In this document: positions 1 to 8,462 of the stretch, piece by piece | Layout of the letters: each line of letters begins with the position of its first letter | How positions within the stretch are numbered: the stretch's first letter is position 1 | Assembly (NCBI GenBank): GCA_903867305.1 | Contig: CAIPQU010000012.1 | Span: 5,377 to 69,376 of the forward strand | Source of the DNA: an uncultured beta proteobacterium | GTDB lineage: Bacteria > Pseudomonadota > Gammaproteobacteria > Burkholderiales > Burkholderiaceae | Direction: 5' to 3' | DNA length: 64,000 nt | The notes under the pieces: model-generated | Told to the model about the DNA's origin: nothing | Databases searched by the model: none | The model's input: only the letters and a program-made list of their open reading frames with translations | Made by a program: the position numbers and the translations under genes

Positions 1-208
1 GGAGCTTTTTGAAATGCTCTGGATCTTTACGTAAGTAGGTACCTGATTCTTGAATGTTACCAATTAATAAATATGGAATCGCCATCCGCGAATATGGTGG
101 TTCTGGCTCAGCGCCAATGATGAGAATTTGATCATGTGGAGAACGTTTTCGAATGGTCTCTGCTGCAACAATTCCAGCAGGACCATTGCCGATAATGATG
201 TGTTTCAT
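1..208 (-). CDS. aorC: FAD/NAD(P)-dependent oxidoreductase, AorC-like (5' part only, runs off the window)
   Basis: Not in the ORF track. Read by hand on the minus strand from ATG at 208: MKHIIIGNGPAGIVAAETIRKRSPHDQILIIGAEPEPPYSRMAIPYLL. It has a Rossmann GxGxxG and a PYSR motif and starts 4 nt after the aorB stop. Confidence 0.85.
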   Translation of the reverse strand, partial: MKHIIIGNGPAGIVAAETIRKRSPHDQILIIGAEPEPPYSRMAIPYLLIGNIQESGTYLRKDPEHFKKL

Positions 209-212
209 CAAA

Positions 213-2060
213 TTACAAACCCAAACGAGTTCGCGTATCCGACTTTAATTGCCCATCATGATCCCAACCACGCAAATCATAATACTCAGGCAACATCTTA
301 TCTAAACCGCTAATAGAACCTTTACCTGGGCCAGTTTTAGCTGCCTCTGTCATGAGTCGTTTTGGTAGCTTGTCATCTTTACTTGTAAATCCAGCACGAT
401 TATTAAAGTCACGCTCCATATTCCAAATACGCTCGCCAATGGTCGTTAAATTCTCAACAGTAAATTCATCTCCACATGCCGCCTGAAGTTGCGGTGCGAC
501 ATCAGCAAGTGTCCAAGCAAAACTCGTGAAGATACATATCCCAGCAGAGTCAAATGCTGCAGTAGCGTCTTGGAAAGCCTTCACTAATCCAGGTTTACCA
601 ACGGTATCTGCTGGTTCTGTTTTGACAGGAATGCCTAATACCTCTGAGGCAATGGTATATCCACGAAGATGGCAAGCTCCACGATTCGAGGTTGCATAGG
701 CTAAACCAATACCCTGAATCACACGCCCGTCATAAGCTGGAAACTCTTGTCCTTTAACACTCATCGACAAATCAGGCTGTCCATATTTAGCCGTCAATCT
801 AGCCGATCCTAAAGCGATTTCTTTACCAAAACCTTCACCTTTCGCCGTAATGTCCACAAAATGACAAAGTGCCTGCGCTGAACCAAACTTCGCATCGATA
901 CCGAGTTGTTCTTTGGTGAGAAGACCCATTTCATATAATTCCATTACGGCACCGATCGTTGCACCAAAGGTGATCGGATCAAAACCATCTTCATTACAAA
1001 TCATATTGGCATATTGCAAGGCTTCCAAATCATTGACGCCATTCGCAGCTCCAAGGGCCCAAGCAGCTTCATACTCAAGCCCCCCAGAGGCGCCAAAATA
1101 CTGAGGTTTATTTTGAATAGAAAAATGCGTCTGGTCAATTTTAGAAACTCTACCGCAAGCAATCGTACAACCAAAGCAGGCCTGATTAGTCACCAATTGT
1201 GCCTTACCATCACTAGCTCTTGGGGTTGCCATCGCTTCAGCCGAAATATCTTTTGCACCTTCAAATTGAACATCACGATGATTACGAGTTGGGAGTGCCC
1301 CCACTTCATTAATTACATTCATGAGCACCTGAGTACCATAGGTAGGTAATCCTTGACCCGTGACTGCGTTTCCAGCAAGGACCGCTTTAGCTGCTTTAGA
1401 TGCCGCCATGAAAGCCTTAGGATCTTTAAAGTTTCCAACACCTTTAGTACCCCTTACCGCAATCGCTTTAAGGTTCTTACTACCCATGACGGCTCCAACG
1501 CCTGAGCGTCCGGCTGCACGGTGTAAGTCGTTGACAACAGCGGCAAATAAAACCTGATTCTCACCAGCACGGCCAATACATGAGACACGAATTTGTGGAT
1601 CTTGGTGTTTCGCCTTAATCGCTGGCTCAGTATCCCAAACCGACTTACCCCATAAATCCGTTGCATCTAACAATTGAACTTCATCATCTTGAATCAATAG
1701 ATAGACAGGCTTAGGTGATTTACCTTCAAAAATGACCATATCCCAACCAGCCATTTTCAACTCCGCCCCCCAATACCCTCCGGAATTTGAACAAGCTATT
1801 GCGCCAGTGAGCGGTCCTTTAGTAATTACTGTGTAACGACCACCAGTGGATGCCATAGTTCCGGTTAAAGGCCCAGTAGCCCAAATAATTTTATTTTCTG
1901 GTGAAAGTGGATCTACTTTTGCATCCATTTCTTCCACTAAATATTTAGTCCCCAAACCTCTGGAGCCTAAATAATCTTTTGCCCACTGCATATTGAGCGC
2001 TTCAGATTGACAAATACCTTTAGTAAGGTTAACGCGTAGTAGTTTTCCGGCCCATGACAT
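213..2060 (-). CDS. aorB: Aldehyde:ferredoxin oxidoreductase (tungstopterin AOR family) catalytic subunit
   Basis: 615 aa with AOR motifs GPLTG, AAGRSGVGAVMGSKNLKAI, CFGCTIAC, NRGACH and GICIF. Confidence 0.95.
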   Translation of the reverse strand: MSWAGKLLRVNLTKGICQSEALNMQWAKDYLGSRGLGTKYLVEEMDAKVDPLSPENKIIWATGPLTGTMASTGGRYTVITKGPLTGAIACSNSGGYWGAELKMAGWDMVIFEGKSPKPVYLLIQDDEVQLLDATDLWGKSVWDTEPAIKAKHQDPQIRVSCIGRAGENQVLFAAVVNDLHRAAGRSGVGAVMGSKNLKAIAVRGTKGVGNFKDPKAFMAASKAAKAVLAGNAVTGQGLPTYGTQVLMNVINEVGALPTRNHRDVQFEGAKDISAEAMATPRASDGKAQLVTNQACFGCTIACGRVSKIDQTHFSIQNKPQYFGASGGLEYEAAWALGAANGVNDLEALQYANMICNEDGFDPITFGATIGAVMELYEMGLLTKEQLGIDAKFGSAQALCHFVDITAKGEGFGKEIALGSARLTAKYGQPDLSMSVKGQEFPAYDGRVIQGIGLAYATSNRGACHLRGYTIASEVLGIPVKTEPADTVGKPGLVKAFQDATAAFDSAGICIFTSFAWTLADVAPQLQAACGDEFTVENLTTIGERIWNMERDFNNRAGFTSKDDKLPKRLMTEAAKTGPGKGSISGLDKMLPEYYDLRGWDHDGQLKSDTRTRLGL

Positions 2061-2083
2061 AGTATATTTCCTCGATGAATTCG

Positions 2084-2557
2084 TTAAGCGTTCGTTTGAT
2101 TACCTAATTTATCTGCCCATGCACGCATTTTGTCTAAACCAGTCCAATCTGCATCAATATATGTAATAGCACCTGTTGGGCATGCATCAGCGCAGGCAGG
2201 ATCTCCTCCACATAAATCACATTTTTGTACTTTGCCGGTTTCTTGGACATAGTTAACTGTCCCAAATGGGCAAGAGATCGTGCAAACCTTACAGCCCACA
2301 CAAACATCTTCAATGACCACTTTGGCGCCAGTTGCAGCATCAATTCGAATAGCATCAACTGGACATGCTTTTAAACACCATGCTTCGTCACACTGAGTAC
2401 ATGTATAGGGAACTTTTTTTCCAGTTTCATGAAAATCAAATACTTTGATTCTAGATTTTGAAGGGTTAAAGACCCCATAGTTTTCAAAACTACAAGCCAT
2501 CTCGCACTGTAAACAACCAGTACATTTATCTGCATTAATATGGAGTGATTTTTGCAT
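2084..2557 (-). CDS. aorA: 4x[4Fe-4S] electron-transfer subunit (DmsB/HybA-like)
   Basis: Cys motifs CTGCLQCEMAC, CTQCDEAWCLKAC, CVGCKVCTISC and CDLCGGDPACADAC; directly upstream of AOR. Confidence 0.92.
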   Translation of the reverse strand: MQKSLHINADKCTGCLQCEMACSFENYGVFNPSKSRIKVFDFHETGKKVPYTCTQCDEAWCLKACPVDAIRIDAATGAKVVIEDVCVGCKVCTISCPFGTVNYVQETGKVQKCDLCGGDPACADACPTGAITYIDADWTGLDKMRAWADKLGNQTNA

Positions 2558-2620
2558 GAAAAGTCCCTGAAAATAAAAAGGTTATTCGATTTATTCTACT
2601 ATTTTCTAACTATACAATGA

Positions 2621-2680
2621 TTAGGGTTTTCCCTTGAGATTATCAATCTCAATTCTCAATTGCGATTAATTACATTAATC
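2621..2680. promoter_or_regulatory. Cluster of three inverted repeats in the divergent aor/bug intergenic region (putative operators)
   Basis: aggg-tttt-ccct (2623-2634), ttgagatt-atc-aatctcaa (2634-2652, perfect 8-3-8) and gattaat-tac-attaatc (2664-2680, perfect 7-3-7). Confidence 0.5.
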
Positions 2681-2818
2681 TAGGCGCTGGTTTCAATACA
2701 ATACCTTTTAAAGCATAAAATTTAAACTAAAAAAATCACCCTCAAAAGTGTGTTTAAGAGAATCTATCAGCATAAAAGAATAAATTCTTTGAAATTGAAA
2801 ATATCTCTAGGAGAAAAA

Positions 2819-3784
2819 ATGACACGTTATTTGTTCATTATCGGAATGTGCATCGCTCAGGTTTTAGCAGTAAATGCTCAAGCGCAAAATACTTACCCTT
2901 CTCGAGCTATCAAATTTATTGTTCCCATCACACCAGGGGGTAGTAATGATGTCGTAGCTCGTGTTATTGCCCAAAAACTAAGCGAGCAATGGAATCAGTC
3001 CGTAACGGTAGATAACCGTCCCGGTGCTGGTATGAATTTAGGTGCCGATCTTGTCGCCAAGAGCCCTGCTGATGGATATACCTGGTTACTTGGAGCCAAC
3101 AATATTTTTGTAACCAATCCTCACATGGGGAAAATGCCATTTGATGTTTTCAAAGACTTTACGCCAATCAGTCAAGTGGCCTTAGTTCCATTTGTATTAG
3201 TCGTTCACCCCTCAGTTCCAGCTAAAAACGTTACTGAACTCGTGGCTTATGCGAAGGCCAACCCAGATAAACTCAATTTTGGTTCATCCGGAAATGGATC
3301 TCCTCAACAACTCGCTACCGAAATGTTAAATCACGCTGCAGGTATTCAAATGCAACACGTACCTTATAAAGGTGCTTTACCAGTCATTACAGATTTAATC
3401 GGAGGTCGGCTGCAGGTCTTTATTGGGGCAGTTAATTCTTTATTACCTCACATAAAAGATGGAAAGCTGCGTTTAATTGCCAGCGCTGGTGGTAAACGGA
3501 TTTCTTCTTTTCCAGACCTACCAACCATTGCCGAAACAATCCCAGGTGTGGAGTTAGATGTTTGGCTTGGTGTATTTATGCCCGCCGGAGTTCCTAAAGA
3601 TATTATCAATAAAGTAAATGGCGATATCGTTCGAGTTCTTCAACTTCCTGAGGTGAAAGCAAATCTGAATGGACAAGGTATCGAAGCAGCGCCAAGTTCT
3701 CCAGAAGCATTAACGAATACTATTAAAGAAGACTATGCCCGTTGGGGTAAAGTCATTAAAGAAGCCAACATCAAAGCAGACTAA
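2819..3784 (+). CDS. Bug/TctC tripartite tricarboxylate transporter substrate-binding protein
   Basis: Signal peptide plus YPSRAIKFIVP..PGG, ENRPGAG-like and HVPYKG motifs. Start moved to ATG 2819 behind a GGAG RBS (track start 2750). Confidence 0.93.
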   Translation: MTRYLFIIGMCIAQVLAVNAQAQNTYPSRAIKFIVPITPGGSNDVVARVIAQKLSEQWNQSVTVDNRPGAGMNLGADLVAKSPADGYTWLLGANNIFVTNPHMGKMPFDVFKDFTPISQVALVPFVLVVHPSVPAKNVTELVAYAKANPDKLNFGSSGNGSPQQLATEMLNHAAGIQMQHVPYKGALPVITDLIGGRLQVFIGAVNSLLPHIKDGKLRLIASAGGKRISSFPDLPTIAETIPGVELDVWLGVFMPAGVPKDIINKVNGDIVRVLQLPEVKANLNGQGIEAAPSSPEALTNTIKEDYARWGKVIKEANIKAD

Positions 3785-3786
3785 AT

Positions 3787-5565
3787 ATGATTAATCACGA
3801 CAAACCAACTCCTAACGATCAGCCAGCCACTTATTGGGGTAGCGACTCCATTGCTGATTGTCTGCATGCTATGCAAGTACCCTATATAGCTCTCAATCCT
3901 GGTGCAAGTTATCGGGGTTTACATGACAGCCTAGTAAACCACTTAGGTAACCAAGCGCCGCAAATGTTGCTGTGCTTACATGAAGAGGTGGCAATCGCAA
4001 TTGCTCAAGGATTTGCTAAGGCTTCTGGCAAGATGATGGGAGCTCTAGTCCACTCTAACGTTGGTTTAATGCATGCCACCATGGCAGTCTTCAATGCTTG
4101 GTGTGATCGAATGCCAGTTTTAATGCTAGGTGCAACGGGGCCTTGGGATGCTGCACGCCGTCGACCATGGATTGACTGGATTCACACCGCTAGCGACCAA
4201 GGATCTTTAGTTCGTGACTTTACCAAATGGGATAACCAACCAGGCTCAATCCCAGCAGCAATCGAGGCACTTCTGCGTGGCGGACAAATCGCTCAAACCG
4301 CGCCCCGAGGTCCGGTTTATATTAACCTCGACGCCGCTCTCCAAGAGAGCAAAACCGAAGGCTTAATTCCCGTTCCTGATCCAATGCGGTTTAAAGCACC
4401 TCAATCACCACCCCCTGCACCAAGTGACGTTGAGCAAGCGGCTCAATTACTCTCAACAGCAAAAAATCCTGTCATATTGATGGGACGAATGTCTCGTAAC
4501 ATTTCAGATTGGGATCAGCGTATTCAATTTGCCGAAAAAATTCAGGCAGCAGTGATTACTGATCTTAAAAATGCTTCAAGTTTTCCTACAGATCATCCTC
4601 AACACGTTGGCTCTCCAGCGTATTTTATGACTCCAGAAGCCTGCGCTGCAGTACGTGATGCAGATGTGATCCTAATGTTGGACTGGGTTGATCCAGGAGG
4701 TGTATTTAAACAAGCTTTTCAAAATAATCCATGCCATGCAAAAATCATTCATGTCTCTTTGGATATTCATAGCCATCGTGGTTGGAGTATGGATGGTGGA
4801 AGTTTGCCACCAGTAGACATTTATATGCTCTGTGAACCTGACGATGCAATTGCAGCGCTCAATCAAACTGCTGCAACACAAGCGCTGAAGTCTTGGCCAA
4901 TAAAATCTTCCCTTTCAGCAATGCCCAATGATGATGTAGTTAGTCTACGTGCACTTGCTGAAGTTCTTCAAGAATCTACCAAAGATCTCAACATTTGTCT
5001 TGCTCGATTACCTCTAGGTTGGAATGGTGCTTACCGTCACTTCCATCACCCGATGGATTATCTTGGTGCTGATGGTGGCGGTGGTGTGGGTGCGGGGCCA
5101 GGGAATACTGTTGGGGTTGCTCTTGCGCTTCGAGATGCTAAATCTGATCGAATCCCCATTGCTCTCATCGGTGATGGTGACTTTTTAATGAGCAATACCG
5201 CTGTATGGACAGCCGTACATTACGGGATTCCATTATTGATCATTGTGTGTAATAACCATTCCTATTTTAATGATGAACTTCATCAAGAGCGCGTGGCGAA
5301 AGAACGTCAACGTCCCACAGAGAATAAATGGATTGGTCAACGCATGAGTGATCCAGAAATTGACATTGCACAAATGTCACGAGCTATGGGTGCAGAAGGT
5401 ATTGGTCCTGTGCGTCGAGCACAAGATCTTCCAGCAGCAATTGCTGAGGGACTGGCATTTGTTAAGGCAGGAAAAGTCTGCATTATTGATGCCTGTGTTG
5501 CTCCTGGATACGATGCCAACATGAGTGGCAACGCTGGCAATAACTCTGCCGTTCACAAACGTTAA
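3787..5565 (+). CDS. ThDP-dependent enzyme (acetolactate synthase/benzoylformate decarboxylase superfamily)
   Basis: LHEE catalytic Glu region and GDGDF...NN ThDP/Mg motif; 592 aa. Confidence 0.9.
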   Translation: MINHDKPTPNDQPATYWGSDSIADCLHAMQVPYIALNPGASYRGLHDSLVNHLGNQAPQMLLCLHEEVAIAIAQGFAKASGKMMGALVHSNVGLMHATMAVFNAWCDRMPVLMLGATGPWDAARRRPWIDWIHTASDQGSLVRDFTKWDNQPGSIPAAIEALLRGGQIAQTAPRGPVYINLDAALQESKTEGLIPVPDPMRFKAPQSPPPAPSDVEQAAQLLSTAKNPVILMGRMSRNISDWDQRIQFAEKIQAAVITDLKNASSFPTDHPQHVGSPAYFMTPEACAAVRDADVILMLDWVDPGGVFKQAFQNNPCHAKIIHVSLDIHSHRGWSMDGGSLPPVDIYMLCEPDDAIAALNQTAATQALKSWPIKSSLSAMPNDDVVSLRALAEVLQESTKDLNICLARLPLGWNGAYRHFHHPMDYLGADGGGGVGAGPGNTVGVALALRDAKSDRIPIALIGDGDFLMSNTAVWTAVHYGIPLLIIVCNNHSYFNDELHQERVAKERQRPTENKWIGQRMSDPEIDIAQMSRAMGAEGIGPVRRAQDLPAAIAEGLAFVKAGKVCIIDACVAPGYDANMSGNAGNNSAVHKR

Positions 5566-5585
5566 TTTTTATAAAAGAACTCGAT

Positions 5586-7049
5586 ATGTCAGATACTACA
5601 AACTATTTAAAAATATTACCGCAACATCGCGATCTTTATTATGGTGGCTCTTGGCATCAACCTAAGGGCGGTTATCAAGAAACGATGAATCCTGCCACAG
5701 GCGAATCTTTAGGACTCTGTGCTGAAGCCAATGCTGAAGATGTTGACGCCGCAGTTCAGGCTGCACACGAAGGTTTTTTAGTATGGAAAAAAATTAAACC
5801 TTTAGAACGCGCTAACCTCCTCAAAAAGGTTGCAGCTGTGCTTCGTGAAAACGCCTTTGAACTGGCCATGATTGATGCGGCAAACTGCGGGAACCCTATT
5901 AGCGAAATGCAACGTGACGCACTAATCGCTGCAGCACAAATCGATTTTTATGCTGGTTTAGCCACCGAAATCAAAGGCGAAACTTTGCCTATGGGAGATG
6001 ATATTTTGAATTATTCCGTGCGAGAACCCTATGGTGTTTGTGCACGAATCGTTGCTTATAACCACCCAATTATGTTTACTGCAGCAAAGATGGCTCCGCC
6101 ATTAATTGCAGGTAACACGGTCATCATGAAACCGCCCTATCAAGCTCCTCTGTCAAGCTATCGCATGATGGAGTTAATTGATGGCATTCTCCCCCCAGGT
6201 GTGCTGAACATTATTAGCTCTGGCGCGGTTGGTGGACAAGCACTTGTAAACCATCCCCTAGTCCCTCGACTCTCTCTGATTGGGAGCGTTCCTACTGGAC
6301 GAGCCATTGCAAAAGCAGCGGCAGATCAACTGAAACACGTGACACTAGAATTAGGTGGTAAAAATGCGTGCATTATTTATCCTGATGCTGATTTAAATAA
6401 AGCCATTACAGGTGCTATAAATGGCATGAACTTTACTTGGTGCGGTCAGAGCTGTGGTTCCACATCACGTTTATTCGTTCATTCCTCTATATACCAACAA
6501 GTCATAGACGGTCTTCTCAAAGCTGTTCAGCACTATAAACCAGGAATACCAACGGACATGTCAACCACAATGGGATCCATTGTTTCTAAAATACAGTGGG
6601 AAAAAATCATGCGATATGTTGAGATTGCCAAGGAAGATGGAGCACAACTCATCTATGGTGGGAATGTACCAAAGGACCCTACTCTTGCAAAAGGTTGGTT
6701 TATTGAGCCGACTATTTTTACTGGTGTTACTCAGAATATGCGCATCGCTAATGAAGAAGTTTTTGGTCCCATATTATCTGTCATCAAGTGGGAAGATGAG
6801 GATCAAATGTTTAACCAAGTTAATGCTGTTGAATATGGTTTAACGGCTTCTATTTGGACGACCAATCTTTCCAAAGCGCACCGAGCGGCAAGTCGAGTCC
6901 AAGCAGGATATGTCTGGGTCAACCATTCCAGTAGTCATTTTATTGGAGCATCTTTTGGAGGCTACAAACAATCTGGTATCGGTCGTGAAGAAGGCTTTGA
7001 TGAACTATTTAGCTACTCTCAACACAAAAACGTCCATGTAGTTTTGTAA
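5586..7049 (+). CDS. NAD(P)-dependent aldehyde dehydrogenase
   Basis: LELGGK, GQSC (catalytic Cys) and EEVFGP motifs. Confidence 0.95.
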   Translation: MSDTTNYLKILPQHRDLYYGGSWHQPKGGYQETMNPATGESLGLCAEANAEDVDAAVQAAHEGFLVWKKIKPLERANLLKKVAAVLRENAFELAMIDAANCGNPISEMQRDALIAAAQIDFYAGLATEIKGETLPMGDDILNYSVREPYGVCARIVAYNHPIMFTAAKMAPPLIAGNTVIMKPPYQAPLSSYRMMELIDGILPPGVLNIISSGAVGGQALVNHPLVPRLSLIGSVPTGRAIAKAAADQLKHVTLELGGKNACIIYPDADLNKAITGAINGMNFTWCGQSCGSTSRLFVHSSIYQQVIDGLLKAVQHYKPGIPTDMSTTMGSIVSKIQWEKIMRYVEIAKEDGAQLIYGGNVPKDPTLAKGWFIEPTIFTGVTQNMRIANEEVFGPILSVIKWEDEDQMFNQVNAVEYGLTASIWTTNLSKAHRAASRVQAGYVWVNHSSSHFIGASFGGYKQSGIGREEGFDELFSYSQHKNVHVVL

Positions 7050-7067
7050 TTTATCTTCTCTTACTCA

Positions 7068-8462
7068 TTAAAAAAAAGAATTGATCCACGCGTTGGTTTT
7101 AATGGGTGAGGAAGGATTACTGACAATTTGTTCTCGCAAAGAAACTACCGCATCTTGCAGATGAGGCGCATATTGCATGGCTAAGGTTTGTATTTTTTCT
7201 AACACAGTATGGGCTTCTAGTGGCCTCGCAGAGCTACCCAAAGCGGCCTCACAAGACTCAGAAAATTGTTGGCCATTATTTAACTGGATAGTCACTTTTG
7301 CAGGCCGATCATATGGCCAAGGACGAACATCCTTCATTTCTTGCATCACCACCTTATTTCTAATTTTAGCAATATGGGTGTTAGACATACTTTGATGTAA
7401 GAAATTTTCTGTGGCATGAGCTCCGTTAATGATGGTGGCAGCCGCTGCATGAGGAATCGAAAACTTTGCTGCAAGGGTTGTCGAAGGATTGGCATTATTA
7501 AAGTTCATCCCCATTTTGGATACTTCAATCACGATCGAAGAAATGGGTTCACCACCACGAAGGTTAGGATGTTGATCTAATATTTTTTCAATCGCCTCCA
7601 TCGAAGCATGGGCATGGTGGCAAGAGCCATAAAGCTTATGATAGCCAGCGGTAATAGTCCAATCAGAACCTAAATCCATACTAAGATGTTCAGGTTTTGA
7701 TGTTGCACCAAAACCCATTTGGTACACGTCATATGCCCCTGATGGCGTACCAAAAATATTGGCTTGTGCCATCTCACAGGCAAAATGACCTAACCAAGCC
7801 CCCGCAGCAGGCCAGGCATTTCTGATTAAGGCCCCTTGGATAGGGTGACTATAAGGACCCGGGGAAACCATAGTGCAAGCACCAGTGAGCGCATTCATAA
7901 AAAGGGTTTGATCAAAGCGCATCAAACTTGCATATCCTGCGGCAGAACATACGGCATTAAACACACCGTGCGGATGAAGTCTCGGCAATGTTTCTGGCCA
8001 AGACCTAGCAAACCTCGTGCCTATCTCATAGGCAACTACCACTGCTCTTAACATTTCTTGAATAGATAGATCATTGGCTTGCGCTGCAGCCAAGATTAGG
8101 GGTTGACTTAATGCGCCTGGATGAACTGCGGTTCTTGTATAACCATCATCTAGCTCGTTCCAAGTAATCGCCAAACCGTTTGCTAGTGCAGCGTCCATCA
8201 TCGATGTCTTTGGTCCATTCTTACGAAAAACAGTTGCTGAAGAAGATGATGATTTATGCAGTAGCTGATCGTGATACGTTTGTACCTCTGGCTCGTCAGA
8301 TGCAGATAGTGTAGCCGCAATGTTGTCACCTAAAATCAGAACGGCATTTTGCAAAACATGAGTAGGTATGTCTTCAAAACGAAGACGAGTAGCCCACTCG
8401 GATAGTTTTAATAAATGATCTGCAACACTATTTTTTAACTCGGTTTGGTTCACTGTATTCAT
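7068..8462 (-). CDS. MmgE/PrpD family protein (#1)
   Basis: ELDDG..HPG, HKLYGSCHHAH and AKFSIP motifs. Start set at ATG 8462, which overlaps the CoxL-like stop (ATGA). Confidence 0.88.
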   Translation of the reverse strand: MNTVNQTELKNSVADHLLKLSEWATRLRFEDIPTHVLQNAVLILGDNIAATLSASDEPEVQTYHDQLLHKSSSSSATVFRKNGPKTSMMDAALANGLAITWNELDDGYTRTAVHPGALSQPLILAAAQANDLSIQEMLRAVVVAYEIGTRFARSWPETLPRLHPHGVFNAVCSAAGYASLMRFDQTLFMNALTGACTMVSPGPYSHPIQGALIRNAWPAAGAWLGHFACEMAQANIFGTPSGAYDVYQMGFGATSKPEHLSMDLGSDWTITAGYHKLYGSCHHAHASMEAIEKILDQHPNLRGGEPISSIVIEVSKMGMNFNNANPSTTLAAKFSIPHAAAATIINGAHATENFLHQSMSNTHIAKIRNKVVMQEMKDVRPWPYDRPAKVTIQLNNGQQFSESCEAALGSSARPLEAHTVLEKIQTLAMQYAPHLQDAVVSLREQIVSNPSSPIKTNAWINSFF

